Assembly: GCA_043228905.1 (NCBI GenBank)
Contig: JBHGNT010000020.1
Location: 248,001-312,000 of the forward strand
Length of the DNA: 64,000 nt
Source of the DNA: Azolla caroliniana
Taxonomy: Eukaryota > Plantae > Polypodiophyta
Direction: 5' to 3'
Part shown: positions 42,201-53,841 of the stretch, one piece after another
Position numbering within the stretch: position 1 is the first letter of the stretch
How the letters are laid out: every line of letters begins with the position of its first letter
Made by a program: the position numbers and the translations under genes
Notes under the pieces: model-generated
The model's database searches: none
Told to the model about the DNA's origin: nothing
What the model saw: the letters and a program-made list of their open reading frames with translations, nothing else

Positions 42201-45200
42201 CATCTAAGGGCCTTGATAGCTTGAGATACGTGGTGAACTGCAGTAAGCCTTGCTGAGACTGGCATAACAAGACTGTGTGAAATACCTGAATTGAGACTTG
42301 AGTTACTTTCTGTTGTAACATCCTCATCATGTGAGTTCTGTAGCATTGGCGCTGCATTGTTCAGTGCACCTAAAACATTCATTTCTGTAACTTTTTCAAC
42401 TGGCCCGTCTGATTCCAGTTCTTCGTTTCTCAAACAGTTGTTATCCCTATCTAAAGATTGATCTGTGTCTCCTGTTACAGGCACTAAAATGTCCGTGTCC
42501 GAGTTAACATGGTTAGTACCAGATGGCAGTACTGATTTTGATGATTTCTTTTGCTTTGTCTCCGAACATAAAGACAGAGATGAGTCCATCACCTGCTCTA
42601 TGAAACGTTTGGGTGCACCATCATAATGCTCATTAGCTTCTAACATGAAAGGCATTAATATTGAACCCAGCTCTTCATGGCATTTCAATATCAACCGTGC
42701 AACATGTTCATGTGCTGAAGCACGAACAAACTGCAAAATGTGGCGAAAGCTTAAAGCGAATATGATTATTAATTTTGACCACTATTATTACATACAAAAG
42801 CTGCAGCAAAGAATGTGTCTGCATACCAGGTGTTCTTGTTCTCCTAGAAGCTCGAGACATTTCTTGAAAAAGTTTGCACACTTGCATCTATCTGACGGAT
42901 CCTAATCAACATTTACAACAAACGATTCATCCATTTGTAAAATATAACAAAATTTTGGGGAACAGCGGGCATCCTCAATCACCTACCTTTGATAGAGATA
43001 ACCTGTGTGCAAGGCGATATAAAAGAACTCCAAGAGGCAAGGAACAACTTCTGTTACCTCTGCCACAAGAAGAGGGCAAAGGCTGTTTCTTCTCATCCTT
43101 CTTTGCTGTGGTAGTACGCTTATTTGTAATGACTGAAAGGTTGAAAAGCTGAACCAGATCTTCCCCAGCATTTTTGAAAAGCTGAATGATTCCTCAATTC
43201 ACGTAAACTTAGATTCTTCAGCTTCATTTTCCCAAAATATTATGAGAGAAATTTATTCAAGCATAGATAAAGTTAGATAATAGCCAATCCAAATAAGTGA
43301 TGCAAAAGAAGAACTTACCCAGTAGGTTCCAAGATCTTCCTTGCAATTTTCTTGAAGAAACCTTAAAACAGATAATGCATTTTGCTGTATGATGTGTGGA
43401 TGGAAGAAAGAAGTCCCATCTTCTGACAGTCCTTTCAGTAAAAATATATCATCTGTTTTGAGGAGTTCATAACCTTGGACAATCCCATTATGATGGTAGC
43501 ATATTGCCAGTTCAGGCACGCTTGCCATTACATTGTCCAGCCAAGCATCAAGCCACATCAATGGTGTGACCTGTGTTAACCATGAGTAAGATTGTATAGA
43601 AATTAATATAGATTGAAAGCAGCTATCATGTCAAGTAGGCTTTAAATAGAGGTATAGTTATAATCTATCTTATATTAGAAATTCTTATAATGTGGGGCAA
43701 ACCTCAAAACGATGTTTTAAGAATGTTCTACATTGTAAGACTAAAAGAAAACTGCATATGCATAAACATTTCTTAATGGGAATTCCACAGGTCAAAAAAG
43801 GAGTTGAATCGCTCTGCAGTAACTAGAGAAGTAGCATGTTTGATAAAATATCAAATGAAGGATCGTCAACCTAATTTGAAGAGGGTACGTACTTCAAAAA
43901 GGTCCATTAAATACCAGGAATTATAGCACATCAGGATTACACAATGTCAATTAAACAACCCATCTATGACACTTCCAATTAATACAGTTATATCAAGCTG
44001 CATGATGATGGAAAACCACCAATGGTCATCATATGATGTTATATAAACAATCTTGCACCTTTAATTTTGCATAAGGGGAAAAAAACAAGTGTTACTCTCT
44101 AAACTACAATTGAAAGCATTGCAGACTGTAACTCAGGTTTTGAGCAATGAATTTGATGTTTCTTTAATCATAAAAACTGTTCATGATTTTCGTTTTAAAT
44201 TGTGCAAACCTGTTGTTTGCTACTAAAAATGTATGTATAGACATTTTTTCCACCAACCAGCTCGAAAGTTATAGCATTGCCCTAAGGCAATGTCAAAAAA
44301 AAGCAGAGGAAAAAACAGAGAGAATTTACTGCCTACCTGGCGTTCCATTTCCCACAAATGTAAACTGACAGCAACATGTTTTTCATTGCTGAATAGCAAT
44401 AAGTCGCTTCCAAGGAGCATCTTCATTTCTTCTAGTTGCCAAAAAAGAACTCTAAGAAAACCATCATTGTTTGACCTCTTATGATTCCCTGGCTCACTCT
44501 GAATGCAATCAGGATTTTTTTGTCGTTCCCCAACAATACTAGATTTTTTATGGGGATCGATGCCTGAGACACTGTTTTGATCTGATTGACTCCAAGAAAC
44601 TCTTTGTTTATGCTCATTTTGAGCGCCATGTTTGCTTGCATTCAGACTTTTGGTAGATTTGTTATTCCTCTTTTGTTTATTTGTCACATCATTATTCATA
44701 CTGTATTGCCATCCATTGGCATGTGCATCTGGATCCAATAAGTCATCATCAATATCATTGCTACACGTTGATGTAGTTGATTTCGATGTAAAGCTTGTAG
44801 TGCTTTTCTCCTCTGAATTCTGTTGAAGTGGACAATCACAAGCTTCAGCTCTAACTGACTGCATTGCAAACTTTAGAAACAATGCTTTTTCCATGGCCTT
44901 TGCTTGGTTCTTCTTTGTCCTCACAAGGTTTTCACCCTCTTCAACGTCAGGCCTGACTTGTATTGAGCAAACAGTATACCTCGGATAAGCCATAAGTTCT
45001 CATAACACAAACATAAAACAAGGATAATACTTCCATCAGAATCTAAGACTATTACCCGGTGTTCAGGATTAATGTTTGTCCAACCCTGTGCACAGCTATT
45101 GATAATCTGGCCTTAGAGTACGGTATCTTGAAGATTTTCTTCAGTATCTCCACTGGAGCTATCACATCTATCTGATCTTCATACCCAGCCAGAGCACTAA

Positions 45201-46173
45201 CTGCAAGAGCCTCACATTTTCTTGCTAATGGTTGATTGTGGTAGCTCTGACCCCAAGCCTTGCATAAATCATTTGCCCCTGGTTAACACAAACGACCACC
45301 ATAAACACGATTTAGCCTCATCACTTAGAAAATTGAAGTTGGAGCATTCTAAAACATCATTGCAAAGATTACCATTACTCATGTCTTATAACAACAAAAC
45401 ATGAAACAAATAATATGAGCAAAACAAGATGATTATCTCCACATAACAAAAAAATACCTTCCGGAGGTCTTCCTGAAGTTATGGGTAGAGTTTGCTCATG
45501 TTCAACATCTGATAGAAAGAGTGTGTTGAGGTCAGTTTGGTTAGGCAGCATTCGATACTGTGGTGCTACAACCCTGTATTATTAAATTCCAAATTTCCTT
45601 ATCAATTTTCAAAATATCCTTGAACTTTTCTTTTCACCCAAATTCCCTTGATGTTTGCTATTTCCCGAAATTATCCTTGATCAACCGCCAAAAGAATGAA
45701 AAACTGCATGAATTGAGCATATGACTACTCAAATAGCATATATGGTTGCTCAAAAGGGGTCTGACTAAGTGCATTTGGGGAAATGACAAAAATTTAGGGC
45801 CATATGAGGAAATAGTGAAAACTTAGGGGGGTTTAAAGAAAATAACGGGAAACTTAGTATTTTAGAGTTTTCCCTACTGAATATAAGGTTACAGTAAGGA
45901 AACCCCTGTTTGTTATGAGCAATACCTCTCATTCTGAAGGCTAATAGCAGGAACAATTGCAGCTTCGACAACGGACGTCCGACACATCATAGCTTCATTG
46001 TCTGTTGGAACAGGTAGACTTCCACATATAAAACCCAGTTGCAATCTACATTGAACTTGAAGACTACCAACACATTGCAATGCCATATGACCAGCCCCAG
46101 TTGATTGAATCTGCAACTCTGGTGAGGATGCCAGTGTCATGCATTTATCCTTTGAAGTAGATGGGGTGTCCAT
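33297..46173 (-). CDS. EDRF1: Erythroid differentiation-related factor 1-like protein (plant At1g35660-like, TPR-like region), ~1524 aa
   Basis: GT-AG exons 46173-45926, 45573-45458, 45278-45056, 44952-44337, 43570-43319, 43181-42987, 42901-42827, 42730-40250, 33665-33297 join in frame (4575 nt). Conserved blocks LQCVG..GFICGSLPV, APQYRMLP, KCEALAVS..IDVIAPVEILKKIFKIPYSKARLSIAVHRVGQTL, GPDVEEGE, MLLGSDLLLFSNEK, WLDAWLDNVMASVPELAICYH. Confidence 0.92.
35104..36302. mobile_element. Putative solo LTR (~1.2 kb) in the last EDRF1 intron
   Basis: tgttag...ctaaca inverted termini; near-TSD GTGAG/GTGAT; internal diverged ~165-bp duplication (35870-36175) with a minus-strand TATA-like motif. Confidence 0.4.
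36305..37685 (+). mobile_element. LINE 3' fragment (family 2)
   Basis: Aligns with 38700-39830 and 49560-50730; CCHC-region remnant; 3' end aagccattttggcct. Confidence 0.75.
37710..39840 (+). mobile_element. 5'-truncated LINE (family 2): RT, CCHC, 3' hairpin, (TTTC)n tail
   Basis: QAGFGKG..TLDHILTL; FVDFRKVFDTV; GAKQRCPLSSPLFSLYMD; FADDIVL; YTYLGV; SSHQLEIEVGRY..EERICQLC..VESEEQYV; GGCCATTTTGGCC 39783-39795. Confidence 0.88.
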
Positions 46174-46814
46174 ATGTATGATTTCGTAAGATATATCTGA
46201 AAAGGCTTTCAGGTGGATCAAAATATAAATAAAAACATACACACAACAGATATTCTTATACATAAATATCATACAAATGAGACAATCATCAAGTTTTAGC
46301 TCTAAATTTTAAAATTCTTTTATACAAGTCACTATCAAGTAGAAAAGGTGCTGCAGAAAAATGAACAATTGTTGAATGGCAAAACGATTAAGAGCTTCTG
46401 CTTCCAAAGTTCAATGTCATTTTTCAATACCATGCACTCAAAATATTTTGTTCAATATCAACTTTCGAAAGACAAAAGACTTAAATTATTTTGTATGTTT
46501 ATGGCATACAAAGAGTATACATCATTTTAGAACCAAACGAAGAGTTTTCACTTTCATGAATAGCCGAGGAACATTGAGCTGGAAGCATAGGATGAAATAT
46601 TATATGGTGCAGCTGCAGATGTGTTAATGAAGTGAAGATTAAGTTTATTGATGCCAAAAAAACTCAGCCTAATCAAATGCATGTCCAACATATTGAACCT
46701 ATGAAGCTTCGAATTGAATTGACATCAGTAGTAGATGATTTGTTCATAACTATCACACAAGCATTCACGCTAAGTTGACCATCCTGCAGGATGCGCCAAC
46801 GTATCAACACGAAC

Positions 46815-47145
46815 AAGCCATCATCATAAAGTCCCAGACTTCCAAATCAATCACCCAGTGACGGTCTATCGTGGAACATGGGCCATCATACAGGTGTTTC
46901 AGAATCCACACCATCATCCAAGAGTTCCAAACTCTCATGCCAATCACACTTTTTGCAGTGTACGGGAGCAAATAAGGCACCATCCACGTGTTCTAGACTC
47001 ACAAGCCGATCACCATGCTGCAAGCTACTGAGGTGACGAGCCATCATCCAGGAGTTCCAAACTATGGCGCAGATCACACTGCTGCAGCAGTATATCGAGT
47101 TTATTGGGCCACATCATCTCCAAGCGTTCCAGACTCGCAAGCCAG
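46815..47145. repeat. Diverged short tandem repeat (ccatcatcca.gagttccaaact...gttc.agactc.caagcc)
   Basis: Copies at ~46911-47007 and ~47041-47143, partial copy at ~46818. Confidence 0.55.
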
Positions 47146-47149
47146 ACAA

Positions 47150-50100
47150 CAACCAAGCCACATCTGTTGGTAGGAAAATGGTCCACTATAAGACACTTTT
47201 TACACACATCAGTGGATGGATTCATCATCAGGCCCTCTTATATGGACATACATCTATCCCATGCGCTGTGCAGTGTGATAGGGCAGCTTGCAAACTTCTC
47301 CACATCAGTTAGTGTTGAGATAAGCATATATGCACAAATACCTCTAGAAGAAAACAATTGCCGATTTTCATCATGGAGTGGAATCTGAAGAACACTATGT
47401 CATTGTACTGTTTTATATGAAACAACAGGGAGATATTGTTGCCTCTTTAAGAAACAGTTAACCCAATATCCAAGGTAATGGAATATGAGGACCAACAGTC
47501 CCTGTGGATTTCATGCTAGAACTGAAGAACACAAGGAGATGTTGTTGAAGGGCAACAATACAGTTAGAGTTGAGATAAGCATATATCCATGAATACCTCT
47601 AAAAAAAAAAATTGCCAATTGTCATCACGGAGTGGAATCTGAAGAACACTATGTCATTGTACTGTTTTATATGAAACAAGAGGGAGATACCATTGCCTCT
47701 TTAAGAAACGGTTTGACCTAGTATGCAAGGTAATGGCATATGAGGACCAGCAGTCCCTAAAGAATTTCATTCCAGAACTCAAGAGACACAAGGAGAAGTT
47801 GATGAAGGGCAAGAATACAGTTACACAAGCTTATCAACAAAGAGCAATCAAAACTTTCTTTAACCCATCACTTCTACTCATGCTACAAGTAAATCAAGGG
47901 TTACACAAATGAGCTCCCGACTAGGACATTCCAGAGGGGTTATAATAGATCACACAATAGCAATTTGTGTGCACGTAGGCCCTGGCCACATGGACCAAAA
48001 TCTCACCAACCTTATCATCAACAGAAAGGCCATTATCTCTTGCCATCAAAAATTCTTCCCTCACTTCCAAGACCTCTCCATGCTGAATTTCACCTATGCT
48101 AGAGATCTTTCAAAGACAAAATTACAATGTATCTGACTTGAGAATCATACAAGATTCTTTTGTCGTGTCTTATTCTATTTCTATTTCCTTTTTCACTTAG
48201 TTGATTTATTTTGTTTTGTTCTCAAAGACAAGATAACTTTTTAAGATGTAATCTCTTCTTTGGTCTTATAGACCATTTGATCTTTCAAAGACAAAAGTTA
48301 CAACACATCTAACTTGGGAATCTCACATGTGCCGAAAACCAGTTTCCCTCGTCTCTTTTTATCTTATTTACTTTTATATTTACGGAATAATATTTATTTT
48401 ATTTTGATTTGTTAATTTGTTGTTCTCAAAGAAGAGACAACACTTTAAGATGTAATCTCTTGTTTGGTCTTATTGGCCATTTTGGCCTCTTAAAAGATGT
48501 TAATATATCTTTCTTTCTTCTTTCTTTCTTCCTTCTTTCTTCCTTCTTTCTTTCCATGCAAAGAATTGTGTCAATTGTGTCATCAAGCTATGGAATCTGA
48601 AGAACACTATGTTTGTCATCGTAGTGTCATTTATGAAATCAGAGGGAGATACCATTGGCTCTTTAAACAAGGCTTTGGCCCACTACGCAAGGTAATGGAA
48701 TATGAGGACCAACGGCGCCTAGGACTTTTCATGCTAGAACTCAAGAGACATAGGGAAAAGTTGTTGAGTACAGCCACACAAGCTCATCCACAAAGAAAAA
48801 TCACAACTTTCTTTAGCCCCATCACTCCTAATGCTACAATTCAATCAAGGGATACACAAATGGGCTCCTGACCAGGACATAACAAAGGAGTTACCATAGA
48901 TCGGGCAATACCACTTTGTTGTGCACACAGGCCCTAGCCCCATGGACCACGACCTCAACACCCTTGTCATCGACAGATAAAGGCCATTATCTCCCGCCAT
49001 CGCAAGTGCTTCCCTCACTTCGGATATGTCTCTATTCTGGATCGACCTATGCTAGAGATCTTTCAAAGACAAAAGTTATAATATATCTAACTTGAGAATC
49101 TCACATGTGCTGAAAACCAGATTCCCTCGTCTCTTTTTATCTTATTTACTTTTATATTTACTAAGTAATTTTTATTTTTATTTTTATTTATTGTTCTCTA
49201 AGATGAGACAACACTTAAGGTGTAATCTCTTGTTTGGTCATATAGACCATTTTGGCCTCTTAATAGACGTTAATATATCTTTCTTTTTTCTACACAGCCC
49301 TTAGTGCTCTTGAAAGACAATGTGCACATTTGCAGTTCCAAGAGCCACATACTAAGTTGTGGTTATTTGATGCAATTGTCATACCAACTCTTTGGTAAAG
49401 ACGTGGGGGTTGGCTGAGTCTTAACAAGGCAAATCATTGGAAAGATTTAGAGAGACCTTTAGTGTCAATGATTGACCGCATGATAAGGAGCAAACCATCA
49501 ATGCCCCATCATATAATCCGGGCAGAAATGGGAGCAGCACCTATAATCACCGAGGCATTGTTCCGATCAGTGACATGTCATCAAGACAACTGACTGAAAA
49601 TGGAGACATTCATTGTTGGTATGCTGAAATGCGGCAATGGTTCGAGTCACACGGCATAAGTATAAATGCACTACCCTCATTCCAAAATAGCTTGGACTCT
49701 CCCCATCTAAATATGACCACAATGGAAAAGAATAGAGTGATCCGAAGTGATATTATTAACTCGGCAAACAAGATAACATGGGTCAGCCCCAAAATTTCAC
49801 TTGGTACAAAGATGACCCACTACAAGACACACTTCTTACACACATCAGAGGATGGATTCATTATCAGGCCACCTTATATGGACATACATCTATCCTACAC
49901 GTTGCACAGTGTGATAGAGCAGCTCAGAATTTCATCACATTAATTAGAGATTGAGGTAGGCATACATACACATATACCTGTTGAAGAAAGAATTTGCCAA
50001 TTGTGTCATCAAGGAGTGGAATCCGAAGAACACTACGTTTGTCAATGTAGTGTCTTTTATGAAATCAGAGGGAGATACCATCGCCTCTTTAAACAAGGCT

Positions 50101-50830
50101 TTGGCCCACTACGCAAGGTAATAGAATATAAGGAACAACGGTGCCTAGGACTTTTCATGCTAGAACTCGAGACATAGGGAAAAGTTGAAGGACAATAATA
50201 CAGCCACACTTGCTCATCCACAAAGGACAATCACAACTTTCTTAAGTCCCATCACTCCTACTAATGGTACGAGTCAATCAAGGGATACACAAATTGGCTC
50301 CCGACCAGGACATAAAAAAGGAGTTACAATAGATCGGGCAATAGCAAATAGCAATTTGTCATGCATGTAGGCCCCGGCCCCATGGACCACAACCGCAGCA
50401 CCCTTGTCATCAGCAGATAAAGGCCATTATCTCCCACCATCGTAGGTGCTTCCCTCGCTTCAGAGACCTCTCCATTCTGGATCGACCTATGCTAGAGATC
50501 TTTCGAAGACAAAAGTTACAATATATCTAACTTGAGAATCTCACATGTGCCATAAACCAGATTCCCTCGTTTGTTCTTATTTTATTTACTTTTATATTTA
50601 CTGAGTAATATTTATTTTATTTTGATTTGTTGTTCTCAAAGACGAGACAACACTTAAGATGTAATCTCTTGTTTGGTCTTATAGGCCATTTTGGCCACTT
50701 AAAAGACATTAATATATCTTTCTTTCTGTCTTTCTTTCACCATAATTCTACAAGGTTCACACTGATGTACCTTTTGGTCTCATATGCCACTTTAGCCTTT
50801 TGAAGACGTCAATATAACATTTCATTTCTC
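47150..50830 (+). mobile_element. Chain of head-to-tail LINE 3' fragments (family 2)
   Basis: Copies ~47150-48290 (internal duplication 47310-47810), 48290-48555, 48560-49290, 49300-50740, plus a terminus at 50764-50830. Most end in gatgtaatctcttgtttggtc..ggccattttggcc..(tttc)n. Confidence 0.88.
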
Positions 50831-51309
50831 TAAATAAAGTGGGAAGGATTGCCTTGCTCAAAAGCACGTCATAATACGAGGGTGGAGTAGCACTTGTAGC
50901 TTCATTGAAAACAGCTTGATGAAGATACAAACCAACTACAAAAAAACTACATTGCCATTGATCATACAACTTGAATGTAAAGCAAGAAGGTGAGTTTACT
51001 GGGATGGTTTTGATATCATCAATCATAAGGCCCTTGAATAGGGACGCATGGCCTATGGGACATCAAAACCAAAGCTACACATTGCAGTTTGGAACTGCAA
51101 CTGAGACTTGCACATACAACAAGAATGGAGAAGGCAATGGCAAGACCACACATCCTACTCATTACAAAGACGCACTAGATTCTAGAGAAGGGTCTATCTC
51201 ATGGTGATGGCTTCCAATGGTAATTTAGATACAGGCAAACCACTAGATATAGTAAATCAGGAGGGTTAGGAAAAATAACACTGCTTTTTAGACAAGCCTT
51301 GTTTGCATG

Positions 51310-52350
51310 CATAAAAGTTTTTAAAAGGCCATAATGGCCTATGAGACTAAACAAGATATTGCATCTAAATGCATCATTGACCTATGGCAACTCTATCCCC
51401 AAAAGACTCAATCACACCCAAGGAGTCTCTTTCCATAAAGATTGCCTACAAAGATAACCTTCTGAATAGATGGATGCATAGAGAGACCAAGGTACATGTA
51501 CATCTACATGCTCCATAGTGTTAGAAAAACAATAGGCTAATTCAAAATTTCCTCCCACCAGATAGAGATCGAAGCATTATAAGCACTTTGCATACAAACA
51601 GCAAACAGACTTTGCAAGTTATGTGAAGAAGGTATTTAGCAAGGAATGGTTCCCATGTAGGTGCCCAACCTATGAGCACATCAAAGAGAAGTACACCACA
51701 CTCTTCTGAAACCTCGCCACCATTTTGATAGATGACAAGGAAGCTTGACCCAACTCAATTAGGCCAAGGCTTGCTAAAGCTTTAAAACCATAGGCAATCA
51801 ACCTTTATGCTAGCATATGGGATGTGGCTGCAATTTCACATCATGAACTTCTTCTATATGTCCGTACCTCCACTTGCAGCATGAGATGAAGTGATGGAGT
51901 TAAAGAAAGTCACGATTGGTCTTTGTTAATGAGTTGTTGGAGTTGTTGGAGTTGTTGGAGTTATATTGTTGACCAACAACTTCTCTCAATGTTTCTTGGG
52001 TTCTAACAAGAACATTTGCAACCCATGTGTTGGTCTTCATATTCCATTACCTTGCATGGTGGGCCAAAGCCTTGTTTAAAGAGGCAGTTCCAGACTATGT
52101 CTTTTAAAGGAAGGACCTACGAACCAAACGAGAGATTACGTCTTAAAATATTATCACAACTTTGAGAAGAAGAAGCCAAAATAAATATAAGAAAATAAGT
52201 AAAGCTGCCAGAATCTTGTTCGCTAAGCACTTGAAAATCCTCATCTTGGATGAACTGAAACTTTTGCCTTTGAAAGACCGACAAGAGTTTTATGGTCTTC
52301 AAAGAATTTAAAGCTACATATTGAAAATAAGGACAATGCCTCAAAATCGC
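51310..52350 (-). mobile_element. Two head-to-tail LINE 3' fragments on the minus strand
   Basis: 52087-51310 matches the reverse complement of 36920-37110 and ends in GGCCATTATGGCC (51327-51339); 52350-52095 is another 3' terminus directly upstream. Confidence 0.65.
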
Positions 52351-53349
52351 TTCACCAAGGTTCCCAAGGCTGCATTGGATATTGGATATTTACCACACAA
52401 AACCCACCAAAAGCTAAAAAGAATCATCCAGATGGATCTGAGACATCTCAAAATGGTTAGCAAGATGGCAGTTTGAAGAAAGTTTGGATGTGCACATTGA
52501 GGAAGAGAAAGTGACAAGGAAACATGAGTCCATGTTTCACTCAGCAGCATCGGATGCCCTCCATGTGGAATGGAGAACAAACAACATAGATCTAAGCTTG
52601 ATCACCATTGCAGCAGCATTGATACTCAATATTGGGAAAATTACCTAGAGCAGCTGACTGATGCTGGAGCTTACATCCAAACACCCAAGCCCATGGGAGC
52701 AAGATGCACTGCCTCACTGATGTGGAGACATTGAAAATAGAAATATGGGATTGGCTTAGTATTGGGCAGAAAGAGAGAATAAATGAGTTATGTTGCTTCA
52801 ATGTACAAAAAACAGAAGAACATGTCACTTTGGGATTACTCGCACATGAGGACATCAGCCATGATTTTTCACACATTCCTACAAGGGAACTCCTAACAAG
52901 GAAGGAAGCATCGGTAATGGCAGTATCCAGGTTCTCTTTGCTTGGGGACTCAGCCACAGAACAAACTCATGGAGGGCCTTTTCCATTTCAGATTTAATTT
53001 TGTTTTCAACCAGCAGATCTTTTTAAAATTCCCCTAACGACATGTCAGGGGAGCAGGGGCGCTAGCAAACGATTTTTGGTCTTATGGGTTCATTATCATA
53101 GCTTATGTTAGGTCATTGAGACGGTCTTAGAGAACCAAAACCTGACTTTTCTTTGTCGAATTTCATTCCATTTCCGATTAATTTTGTTTTCAACCAACAG
53201 ATCTTTTTATAATCCCCCCACCAACATGTCAGGGGAGAAGGAGTGCTCGCAAACGATTTCTGGTCTCATGGGTCCATTATCATAGCTTATGTTAGGCCAT
53301 TGAGACGGTCTTAGAGAACCAAAACCTGACTTTTCTTTGTTGAGTTTCA
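52350..53349 (+). mobile_element. Diverged LINE 3' fragment (family 3) whose 3' end is tandemly duplicated (~185 bp)
   Basis: TLKIEIWDWLSIGQKERINELCCFNVQKTEEHV resembles the LINE CCHC motif; duplication 52981-53165 / 53166-53349. Confidence 0.6.
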
Positions 53350-53529
53350 GTACATATCTCTTCCTTTCTTGATGATTTCCACAGGCAAGTTTGGTCCCAT
53401 GAGAGAGGTGAAGTCATCATCTCTCTTCTCCTTCTCTTTCTCTTTCTCTTTCAACCCCTTCTTGTACCAAACAGTGATAGAGACCATACAAAACAAAGAA
53501 TGCCGAATACATGCATTCAGACAGCTTAC

Positions 53530-53830
53530 CTGGCTATGGCGAGAGAAAGGAGAAGCAGCAAAAAGAAGTATTGGATGGAATTGAAGCCTGTCTTCAAGAG
53601 TGAAGTGACTGAATCCTTGAAAGAAGAAGAAGCCCACAACCATGAAATCATATACATATGTACATATATCTTCTTCCTCTGGGACACACCCACAAAAACC
53701 TGGGGCGGAGGTCTCATCATAATCTCATTGTTATTTGCGCCCAATCGGGTCTCGTAAACCTTGGCCTGGGCCTTTAGGTTTCCGGAACTTACTGGAAATA
53801 TATGGGTCCGGTCCCCATCGAAATCGGGTT
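53530..53830 (-). promoter_or_regulatory. Probable 5'UTR exon and proximal promoter of the EDRF1-like gene
   Basis: Strong donor CAG|GTAAGC at 53530/53529 can pair with the acceptor at 46197-46198, which lies 23 nt before the ATG; CTT-rich leader; site-II-like TGGGCC at ~53767. Inferred, with no transcript evidence. Confidence 0.5.
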
Positions 53831-53841
53831 GCTTCAGCTTG

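Noticed and set aside
40214-42736. 840-aa ORF as a stand-alone gene
   Set aside because: It is coding exon 8 of the EDRF1-like gene, bounded by splice sites at 42730 and 40250.
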